Part shown: positions 49,101-60,213 of the stretch, piece by piece | How the letters are laid out: the number at the start of each line of letters is the position of its first letter | Numbering within the stretch: position 1 is the stretch's first letter | Source: Geosiphon pyriformis uo1 | Lineage: Eukaryota > Fungi > Glomeromycota | Assembly (NCBI GenBank): GCA_016748015.1 | Contig: JAAOMT010000512.1 | Coordinates: 840,719 to 904,718 of the forward strand | Length of the DNA stretch: 64,000 nt | Direction of reading: 5' to 3' | Program-made: the position numbers and the translations under genes | The notes under the pieces: model-generated | Seen by the model: the letters and a program-made list of their open reading frames with translations, nothing else | What the model was told of the DNA's origin: nothing | The model's database searches: none

Positions 49101-52100
49101 GTTTTTGTAAAAGTGTTTGTTCATTGTTGTTGTGGCAAGTGAGTTGATGATTTTTATGTGTGTCTTATTTTTGATAAACAGTCAACATTAGCATTTTTGG
49201 TACCTTTTTTGTATTTGATAATATAATCATATAGTGCTAATGTTTGTGACTATCTGACATATTTTCTTTTTAGCGCTTTCTTGTTATTTAACCAGACCAA
49301 ATCTTTATGATCTGTGGTAATCTCAAAGAGTTGGTACTGTAAATATGTGTTAAAGTGAACACAACTCCAGACTACTGCTAAGCATTCAAGTTCATGTGCT
49401 GCGTAGTTTTGCTCTGCCATACTGAGATTTCTGCTGGCATAAGCGATTACACATTCTCTTCTATTATCATCTTTTTGTGACAGAATGGCTCCAAGTCCAG
49501 TTCCAAAGGCATCTGTGGCCAAAATAAATTTCTTGTTGAAATTCGAATAGATCATTATTGGTAATTCAATAAGCTTTTGTCTAAGATACTCAAAAGCTTT
49601 TTGTTGTGCTTCAGTCCATTCAAACTTCACATTTTTGGATAGTAGGTAATTAAGGAGTTTGGTGATGTTTGAAAAGTTTTTTACAAAGCGGCAGTAGTAA
49701 GATGTGAGTCCTAAAAAGCTTTTAACTTCTAAAACATTTCGAGGTATTGGAAAATTTTTCACTTTGTCTATTTTTGATGAATCTGGTTTTATTTTATCTT
49801 TTCCAATTACATGTTCTAAAAATGCTAGCTCATTTTTTCCAAAGAAACATTTTTCTAGATTTAGTTTAAGTCCAGTGTGTCTCAATTTCTTAAAAACTTG
49901 TTGTAAATATTGGAAATGATCCGTGAATTTTGACGAGAAAACATTTGTATCATCCAAGTAGACAACAACAAATTGCCACAGGATTCTGAAGTAAATTACA
50001 TTCATTAGTCTTTGGAATATTGCGGGAGTATTTGTTAATCCAAATGGCATTACATTGAATTCATAATTGTCATTTTGTGTTGTAAATGCTGTTTTATGCC
50101 TGTCTTTTGGGTCCATTTCCACTTGCCAATACTCACTGGTCAAGTTCAGTGTAGAAAACCATTTTGCTCTTCCAAAAATGTCGAAAATTTTGTCAATTAA
50201 CAGTATTGGATATGAGTCTTTGGTTGTTTTGCTGTTTAGTTTGCAATAGTTGACACAAAATCTAATTTTTCCATTCTTTTTCCTTACTAAAATAACTGGT
50301 GAGAATCATGGGCTCATTGATAGTTGTATTATTCTTTTTTCCAACATGCTTTGAACTTCTTCTCTGATAAAATTATGCTCCATTGGTGGGACACAATAAG
50401 CGCGTTGTTTTTCAGGTCTGGCATCTCCAGTGGGGATTTGGTGTTGAACCAAGTTGGTTCTTCCAAATTCGCCATTTTGTGAAAATATATCAGAGTATTT
50501 TAAAATTAATGTTTTTAATTGTTACTGTTGGTCAGAATCCATTGTTCCAATGTTTAATTTGGTCAATTCTTCTGTCATAAATTGATAGCATTCCAACAGT
50601 TGTTGTCAATTTATTGAAGTGAGTTCACAGTAGAGGGCAATTTCTAGAAAATTTAAAATTTCTTGTGGTGTTAACGCATTTTCTAGCTCTGTTTCAAGGT
50701 ATCCAATGATAGTATCTTCCAGAATATAGACAGGTTTTTCTGTGGTGTTTGTGATAGAAATTTTTATCCATTGAGCTTTATCAACTGGAATAAAAAAGTT
50801 AGTAAGTCCTATGAGAAACTGTTGGCAAGTTTCTGGGTAGGGCTCAAATATTAGATCTTTTTCTTTAATAGTTCTTTTTATTTTTATTTCTGATTTTCCA
50901 TATGGTAGGAGCATAATGGACTGCTCAGTTTTAATTACTTCATTTTTTTCCTCTATTGTTTTAGCAAAATTCGCTTCAATTTTTTTTTCTGTCGATTCAA
51001 AACCAAAAATTTCTCTCATTGTTTGTGACAATTTCTCATGATTTTCCACTAGCACAAATTTCCCAATTTTTACCAATAGTAGGAAAATTGCTTGTGTAAT
51101 CTTTTCCTTAGATTCAATAATATAAGACTTTTTTGAATTGTTTTGTAGCAAAACCATCAAATTTTCAGTATATTCAGAGTCAATTACTCTTTCTTAAATG
51201 CTTATTCCTTTTTTCGCAAGGCTTGATTGTGATGCTATTTGAACCATTATTTCTGGTGGAATTTCAACCACTATTTTTAGGTCGATTTTGGTAATGCTCC
51301 TGGGTGGTAACATTGTGGATTGGTCTTCCAGATAATATAGATCAAATTTGGCATCAGTTGGATGGACTCTTTCGGGTATTATTCCTAAATATCTGTTGTC
51401 AAAGTATCAGATATTGATTACCTGTTTTAGGTTAATATAGGCTACAAATTTTTCTGACTTGGGACCATCAGGTGAGTCTTGTTGATTTATTGATTGATTT
51501 TGAGACTGCTGATTCTCAATTTCCATTTTTTTTTCTAAGTTCTTTTTATCTTGACACTCTTCACAGCACTGATTTTGGTATGGAATAAGACAGTTTTTGC
51601 AGAGGTAAGTGTTGATTTGGGCGAGGTATTGTTCTTGCTTTTGTCGAGTGAGACATAGTTGTTAGTAGTAGTCCTGGAATTTGTCCACTGGGTTGAACAT
51701 GTTGTAGCTGGCAACTTCGTTGGCTACTTCAGCTAACTCTTTCCAACGTTGTATTTCTTTGGCAGTTTCTTCTTTTATTTTGGCATGTGCGGTGTTGTAC
51801 AACTCGTCCTCGTCATGTGAGTAGTGCTGTAGTCTTTTTAACATTCTGTTGAATGCTGCTTCAAATAGCATTCCTCCTTTTATTCAGTCACAGATGAAGA
51901 TTGTGTATTGGCAAGTTGCATCACACATTCCTCCTCTGCCTGGTATATCATTTCAGTCACACCCTCTTGGTAATGGTTCTCCACAAGCGAGACACAGTTC
52001 TGCATTCCATTTTCCATGTCTTTTTGGGTAACTGTATTTTTCTTTGTTACAACGGTTACAATAGTAGTGGGTAGGGTTTCTTGGGTCTTTGTTTGGTGCA

Positions 52101-55100
52101 CTACACGCAGTCATAGACGAGAGTTTCTTCTTGCAAACCAAGCATTCTAGCTTTGGTCTGCATCACTGGTGGTTTTTTCATGGACTTATCTGGTTCCATT
52201 TGGATCTTTCTTTGCTGATTCACATTAGTATGGCTGGTAGTCTTGTTTTTTGGTCATCAGTCCAAAAGAATTGATAGGTTTTGATGGCTGGTAGTGCTGG
52301 ATTTTCTTCAAATTCAAAAGTAGGTCTTTGGTTAGCACTGGGTTTTTGGAAATGGCCACAAGTGGCTGGAATTCTGGCCTGGTGGCCATTATAATTGATC
52401 AGAAGCTCTTGGGTGGTCTAGTCTAGGGTGTTATTGGCTTTTGTTAGCCAGTTATTCCTTATTAATGCTTGATATTGTGTAGCATTCATTACTAATACTT
52501 TTGTAGGTATTACTATGCCATTAATTTTGAAAGGGAATGAGTCAATTTTGCCATGAGGCAGCTTTGTACTTCCATCAGCTGTTATGATTTGGGATGTCAC
52601 AGCACAATCAACTTTGAAACCCAGTTGGTTTACAAGTTGAAGCATTATGATGCTTTTAGCAGATCCACTGTCTAAGATAAGTTTGATTGGGATATTGTTT
52701 ACAGTGGCTTCCATATACATAGCAGTGATTGGGCATTTTTTGTCCAATGCTGCTCCACTGAACATAGCCTTGTTTTCCTCTAATTCAAAAGAAAAAATAG
52801 CTGTGAGGCTGCTATCTTTGGTGGCAACTGCTGGTGGTATTGTCTGGCTCAATTTATTGGAGAAATTTTTGGTTCTGTTTATGTTTCTACCATTATTGTT
52901 TCCGATGATTAGATTTTCCAGTATATTAAGATAAGTTTGTTAATAATTTGGGTAGTTTGGATTGGTTTGCTGATTGGTTCTGGTGCGGTTTGGATCCTTC
53001 TGGACCAACACGTTCTGATTCCACATGGGCTGATTTTGGGCCTCAGAATGCCAATTTGGGTTGACTATCATGGGCTGTTGCTGGTAAGTTTCTTGATTTT
53101 GATACATGGTGGGATATTGGCATGGTATTGGTGTGTACTGGTTTCTGGGTATTTGGGGTGGTGCATAATAATTATTTTCGCATGCTTTTTGCATCATTTG
53201 CGTTTGACATTGACTAATCAAATGTCCTACACATTTGCAAAAATGGCAGGTGCGCATTTCTGTTCTGAATTCCTGGCATGATGAGCAATTATTTTGACTG
53301 TCACTGACTTCCTGGCTGCATCTTTGGGATGGTTAGTACATATTTCTTCTTGGATCTAGGATGAGATAACTTTCTATTTTCTTAGAAAGTTCCTTTCCTA
53401 ATTGTATTACTCTTTTCTCTAATGTTTTTGTCTTATTTTCCTCTATTATCATGTTAATTATTTGACTATGGTTAGCTTTTTTCTCAGCCAATTCAAAAGC
53501 TCTGGCGAGTGTAATGGTTTCTGGTAAGGAATTAGGGTAAGCAGGACATACTCTTCTTAAAATGCTGCTTTTTAATCCTCTAATAAACTGATTTAAAACC
53601 TGAAGATCAGTGTAGTATCCTTGTTCAATCACTTCAATCTGACGGTGAATTTGATTGAATTGAGCAAGGTATTGGGTAACAGTTTTACTGTTACCTTGCT
53701 TGATAGTATTAAATTTGTTCTGTAGTTAGATTATGGCATTTGGGTCACTAAAATACTCCAGAAGTGCATTTTTAAATTCGGCAAAGCTCATGGGTTTTGT
53801 TTCCAGGCTTTAATACCACAAGTTGGCTGTGCCTTTCAGGAAGAAAGGTAATGTTTGAATTGCTCTTTGGTTGTTCCAGTTATTTGTCTGGATGGCTTTT
53901 TGTGCTTCTCTAAGCCACGTGTGCACGTCTGTTTCTTCTTCCTTTCCTGAAAAATCTGTTAGTCTTGCAATGTATGGTGTGGCCATTTTGTCACCGTTTT
54001 CTGCTGGTGGGCTTATTGGTCTAAAAGAAAGTAGGATGATATTTCCTTGAGTGTTCCTAAAGGTGGCTTCCTTTATATCCAGTTCTTTCTCTTGATCATG
54101 AGTTTTTTGGTTTCTGGACTGGCTGCTTGTTCCAATGACCAGTCTTGTGATTGTTTTTTTGCTGGTCTCTTTTTCGGATTCCGATTCAGACTTCTCTTCA
54201 TGGTTTTCAAACCCCATTCTGAATTTTGGCTGAAAAAGAGGGTTTTGGAATAGTGATGAATATCCTCCTGTAATTGGTATGTCTCCTCAGTTACATTGTT
54301 TAATTTTATCAGTATAACTAGGAGTTCTTGGCATTTGTGGAGTTAATGTTAATGATGATGCAGCTCCTAATGAAATTTGTATCTTATTTTCTGGTGAAAA
54401 ATAATATGATTTATTTTCTGGTGAATAAATACGTTGTTTCTTTATTGATTGAGTGACAGTTTTTTTTGGTGTTTGAGCAGGTGTTCCTAGTTTTTGCTGG
54501 TTACTTTCCTGATTAGTTTCTGAATTTTTTTTGGTTTTGTTGGCATGTTCCCTAGTGTTTCCTGTGGATATTAGAAAATTTTCATTGGTGTATTGCTCAA
54601 TTTCTCAATAGATTTTGACAATAGTTGTGGCTATTACTGCTACTTCTTTTGTAGTGTATTGTGATAATTTTCTATATAATCCAAGTTTTACATCATGTGG
54701 TTTTTCTTCTTTTCCTATATAATAATTTATTCTGGCGTTGATATAATAAGTAAGGGCAGATTCTGCTGAACAACATTCTTTTGGTAATTCAAGATCACTT
54801 TGATTTTGTGTGTAAATAGCATGGCAGAATTCAAGAACAGTAAGGTTAAAAGTTTTTGTCACCACTTTTGTCTCTTCCTTTTTAGCAATGAATTATTGCT
54901 AATTATTATTTCCTTTTTGATTTTCTTTCTTTGTAGGGTTCACCAAATGTTATGGGATAGTTTTCTTGTTATATTTAATTGCCAATATCCCATTTTAATT
55001 GCAATTAGTCTCTTGTGAGTTCTTCAATTCTATTTGTGTGATAATGTCACTGTTATACTAAAGGCTTTCTCTTTAATGTCATGATGTAAGTTATTTTTCA

Positions 55101-55820
55101 ATTCCTAATTGTTGTGTGTATTTTTGTATTCCTTCTCAGAGGCTGAACTGAAATCTACTTGCTGTCTGGGGTCTTCTCTGAAGCTATTCTTGCAATTGCC
55201 TAATGTGTTTCTCTAATCTAGAAACATGGAATATTAATGGTCTTTAGTGCTTTTCCTAATTCTCACAATAAAGCTTTTATCAATTAGTAACAATGTGAAT
55301 AATCTTGATCAGGGATTATTCTTCCAAAGAATTCAACTGATAAATGATAGTTTTATTCAATAATTAACACAAGTGAGTTTCTTACTACTTTAGGGTTGTG
55401 ATAATTCAGTTTTAAATATTCTTTTTCATTTTTTTTTGATTTAAAAGTTTCTTGGGATATTTAATTTAAAGATACAATTTAAAGTGGAGTTTGTTGGATA
55501 AATTAGATTTATTGCTTGATAAGTTATGATTTTTATTACTTGATTTTTTTTCTCAATATTAAAGCTACTGTATATATACATGTTTGTAGTTCTACGAGAA
55601 AACACATTGTAATACTTTCTTTTTGATATTTTAACCTGGTGTTTGTTGCTATCACCAGTTGGTGTTGGCTGCTATTGTAAACTGGTGCTTGCCACTATTG
55701 CGAGATGGTGTTTGCTACTATGTTAATCATTACCTTTCTAAGATTATTACTGCACTATATTATGATTGAATAGTTTATATTATTTTTATGATTCTTTTGC
55801 TAAATTCTTAAACCATAACA
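46108..55820 (-). mobile_element. Gypsy element B, the most complete copy
   Basis: 873-bp LTRs at 46108-46980 and 54948-55820; TSD TTGG/TTGG; PBS TGGTGAACCCTAC; PPT AAAAGAAGGGGA. Gag from GTG 54865 with CHFCKCVGHLISQC, PR ILDSGS, Cys-rich module, dUTPase (~50990-51370), RT YLDD and RH (49250-50143), IN from ATG 49124, ORF3 at 46994-47662. Confidence 0.95.
49250..50143 (-). pseudogene. Gypsy RT/RNase H segment of B
   Basis: KTAFTT, VMPFGLTN, VVYLDD, ILATDA, IAYASR, ELECLAV, ITTDH. Confidence 0.93.
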
Positions 55821-56675
55821 TTGGTATTACAACTTTCTTCTCAATGAGTAATCTAGTTTGGAAAGTTGCCACCTGTAATATTAAAGAAATGAACAATCCT
55901 GTGAAACAGGATGATATCATGCATTGGCATAAGGATATGAACAATTTGGTTTCAATTTTTACAAAAACAAAGCTGAAAGGAAAGATCCATCTTTGGATTG
56001 CTAACAAATTTAGTAGTGTTTGAGTGTTTATCTCAGGTTTGAATTCTGGATACTTGGGCTTGGATGTTGCTATAGTTATGAACAATTTTTTGACAAGACA
56101 TGTGTGTAAGGTCTCTGAGGTACCTGGTCATCTTATCTCTATTAAGTTGCTCTTTAGGAATAGACTTTCTGTTTCGATTCTAAGGCTCTATGCTGGTGCT
56201 TTTTCTGCAATTTGTTTCTCTTAGGCTGATGTTATCAACTCTTTTATTGTCAAAGCTGCAAATAAGTCCACTTTTGTCATTCTTGATAGTGATTTCAATG
56301 AAGATGGCTCTCACAAGTGTGCAAGCTTTAAAAAGTGTTTCAGTCTGAGTCTAGTTAATTTATTGGCTAGAAGCTCAGTGGCCAAAATGCCTATGTGGAA
56401 GAATTTCAAAGATGTTGTTAAGACGATTGACTATGTTTTTGTGTCTTCAAATTTGGTTAATGCGATTTCGTGCTGTAATGTTCTGGGTGTTAATGAGCAC
56501 TTTGACACAGATTATCATGCTGTTTCTGTGTTCATGAGTTTGGGTGGACTTTTGAATATGCAGTTGAACTCTTTTCACAAACAGACTAATAGAGATCACT
56601 GGAAGTTTGATGTTAAAAATGCTAATAAGGTTATATGGAGTGAGTTTAAGAATGCTACAGTGGTTAATACTGCTA

Positions 56676-58030
56676 CAGGGGGGTATAAAAAGTATTAGAC
56701 ACTTTTATAATATGTTATATAAAAGAACTAACTTATAAATTGTTAATTTTTTTTTATTATATTAAAATACATGTTAGTATTTTGTTTGACTTCCATTTGC
56801 TTCAAGAATAGCTTGAACTCAATGTGGCATAGACTTGATCAAATTACGATAGTAATTTACAGGTATTGCATCCTATTTTTCCTTAATCCACTGTTCCAAT
56901 TGTACAATATTTGAGGGTTGTGAATTACATTGACGAATTTTAACTTCAATATATGACCAAAGATTTTCTATTGGAGTAATATCAGAACTTTGTGCTGGCC
57001 AAGGAAGTAATTCAACATTTGAAGAGGTAAGAAAAGAACACGTGACTTTTGATGTGTGAATTGGTGCATTGTCTTCCTGAAAAAAAAACTTTTTTTTAGT
57101 TTTTTTTGCATGAAGTTTTACTGTAGAAATTGCATAATTAGCCAAGGTTTCGTGGTGTATAACTCCAGTAATATGACCAACCAAAGGAACTAAAGAACCC
57201 AAACCAATCCATAAAAAACATTCCCAAAACATGCGACCAAAGCTTTTTTTAACTGTGGCTGTAATACAATTCTTATGAAACTCTTTGGAAGGTTTATGCC
57301 ATATATGTCCAAATCCTGTAGTCCTAAATTGTGTATATGTAGATTCATCTGACCAAACAACTCGTTTAAAATCTTCTACTGTCCAATTTTCATAAGTACG
57401 AGCCCATTGTAAATGTTTTTCTTTATTTGATTTGAAAATTAATGGCTTGAGACAAGGAATGCATGAGCAAAGTCCTTCTTGAGCTAATCCATTTTGAATA
57501 GTTTGTATAGAAATAAATTTGTTGGTATCTTTAATAAAATTCAATCATATTTGAGAAAGAATTTGGTGGCGGATTTCTTTATTCTCTATTATTGAATATT
57601 TGAGTTGTTTACATGCACATTTGTCAAGAATTTGTGGTCGGCTCATTCATTTTTTAGGAAGTTTTTTTAGCTCATATGACTTCCATACACGTATTACAGA
57701 AGAACATGAACATTTAATAGTCATTGAAATCTTACTATTTGTATGTTCTAACTTTTTTGCTGAAATAATCCCTTCTTTTTGGTATTCAGAAAGTTCTTTT
57801 CTAAGACACATTTGATGCAGTAAATTTTTTTATGACAAGAATGTTTGATATTTTATAAATACGCATATGATCCACTGTTGTGTTTTACAAGGACGCAATT
57901 TATGTTGATTTGTAGATTATAACTATAAGTAATTATAAAAAAAATTATGGTTTAAATTGGTAATGATATTACTATATATAGCCTTTTTTATATATTATAT
58001 TAAGTGTCCAATACTTTTTATACCCCTCTG
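56676..58030 (-). mobile_element. Tc1-like DNA transposon (DD34E)
   Basis: 29-bp TIRs CAGGGGGGTATAAAAAGTATTAGACACTT / AAGTGTCCAATACTTTTTATACCCCTCTG and a TA duplication (56674-75, 58031-32). Transposase ~57811-56774 has WSDES, QEDNAPIH and SSDITPIENLW (34 residues from D to E) with premature stops. Confidence 0.95.
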
Positions 58031-59234
58031 TATGTTCTTTGATGAGTTTGCTACATCTAAGAGATATTTGGATCTGGACACAATTTGGAACACTGTTTGC
58101 AAGGTGGTGTCTTTTTTGGCTAATGGTATTTTTAAAAAAAAATGGTTCAAAGACTATAACAGAGTGTTTACCAAAGAGTCATCCAAATTTCACAATCTGG
58201 AAATCTTGGTTTCAAAGTTGGCAAAAGCTTTTCATGGGGTGGTGTCTGACAGGTTTTTCTCTTTTTTGAAACATTGAAACTCTTTGAATGCTGACAAGGC
58301 ATTGGTTATTCAGGTTTTTGTTAACTCTAATACAAACTCTGATCATATATGTTCTGCTCTCTTTGGTGTAAGGAAATCTTATTATGTGTACAAACTGGCT
58401 GAATCTTTGTGTGCTGAGGAGTCAAGCATCAGATCTGCCATTGAAAGATGGATGGAAAGTTTTGCAGTTGACAAAGGTCACATGATCTATAGTGTTTTGG
58501 AATGTTCTTTCTGGAAAGTGGTGCTGGATCACCTGGTTTCTGATGGTAATTTGATTGTGGACCCAGTTAATGTTAAGAATAATGTTGACAAGATAATGGA
58601 AGATTGGACAAAGAAAAAAGTGGTGCCATATAACATTCTTGATTCATGGCAACATCAATATCTGCCATTGGAATATGTTGATGATAAAGCTTTTTCTAGG
58701 GTAATGGATATTGTCAGCTATGAAAATTTGGTGTGCATGGTTAAAGATCTGCCAGAAGACAAGACAGCTGGTTTATCTGGTATTACAAATGAGCTTTGAA
58801 AACATTGTGATGATTCCATGCTTGGTATGTTGTTAGATCTCTTGAATCTCTATTTGGTTTGTGAATCTGTTTTCCAATGCTGGAAGGAAGCTTGGGTGTT
58901 TATGATTCCTAAGCCTTATGAGTAAAAGGGTGTTCTGACCAATACTAGACTTATTGCTTTATTTGAGACTGCTCGGAAGATTCTCTCTAAGTTATTTTTT
59001 GATAGGATTTTGTTAGTGTGCAGTGTGTTTAATGTTCTTTGTGGTGACAATTTTTCCGTGTTCAAGGGCACTACTATCCAGTCCCCTATTTTTGCTATTG
59101 GTTTAGTTGTTGAAAATACTTTAGAAAAAAATTGTGAGCTGTGACTTGTTTTATAGGATATGCAGAAGGCCTACAACTCTGTGAGTTGGCACCACTTGCA
59201 GAATAGTTTGGTTCAAGTTAAGATGTGTGACCAT

Positions 59235-60213
59235 TGTTACCAAAGGTTTTTGGTCTCTTTTCTTGAATGTTGTTAATGTTGGTTTGCTGTGAATTCACAT
59301 TGTCAGGAAGTAGTTGGACTTCCAGTAACTGAATTTATCTTCAAATTATCTCCTATAATTTGAACTGCTGGGCTTATGAGTAGAATGGCCAATTCTGTGC
59401 CAGTTACTTTATGTAGTTACGTTGTAGTAAATGTCAACTCTTTCCCAGGAATTGCTTGTCTGGAAGCTTACTAAAAATGTGTAGTTACTTTGCTGTGAAA
59501 GTCAACTCTTCTACAAAAATCTCGTCTGTAAGCTACTTTAATGATTGTAATAAGAAAAATAAAGAAAATAAAGGAAATGTAAAAGAAATGGAATTTTATC
59601 AAGGGAAATGTTTTCTATCCAGGCCTGAAGTTACTAACAGTTTATTGAAATTGGTAGCTAATCAATTTCAAAATGTTAGTTGGGTTTTTGAGGATTTTCT
59701 AAGTGCAATAATTAAAGAATTTGGTTTTTCAAATTTATTTAATATTTTTTTTTTTTGTGTGTATAGGAATAGTTCTCAGTTATAAATCTAAAGTAAGATA
59801 CATTTTCTCAAAGAGAGAAGCTTTTTTTTTATACAACTTGTTGTAACACTATTTTATGAACTTGAACTTTGCTATTTTCTATAATTTCACTGAACTAAAG
59901 ATACATTTCGGCAAACTACAAGTTATTTCTGCAAACTATTAGATATTTTGGTAAACTATCAATTATTTCGGCAAATTTCTATAAATTTCAGCAAACTTTT
60001 TGAATGTTACATAGTTTGGGGTATTGCATAATTGATCATCATAATTGAGTCACATTTGTGTTTTGTACAAATTGGGTTATTAATTAAATAATAATTTCGG
60101 ATATTTTGCTAATGTAATAAGTGATAATTTGAATAATAATATATGCTAATTAATGATAGGAATTATAAAGATAATTTCATGTTAAATAATATCTCTAATT
60201 TCATCTGGTAACA
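59235..60213 (-). mobile_element. Solo LTR (A-related) in the LINE RT
   Basis: TGTTACC...TGGTAACA; TSD CCAT/CCGT; the host frame rejoins as VKMCD-R-FIRFFG. Confidence 0.92.
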
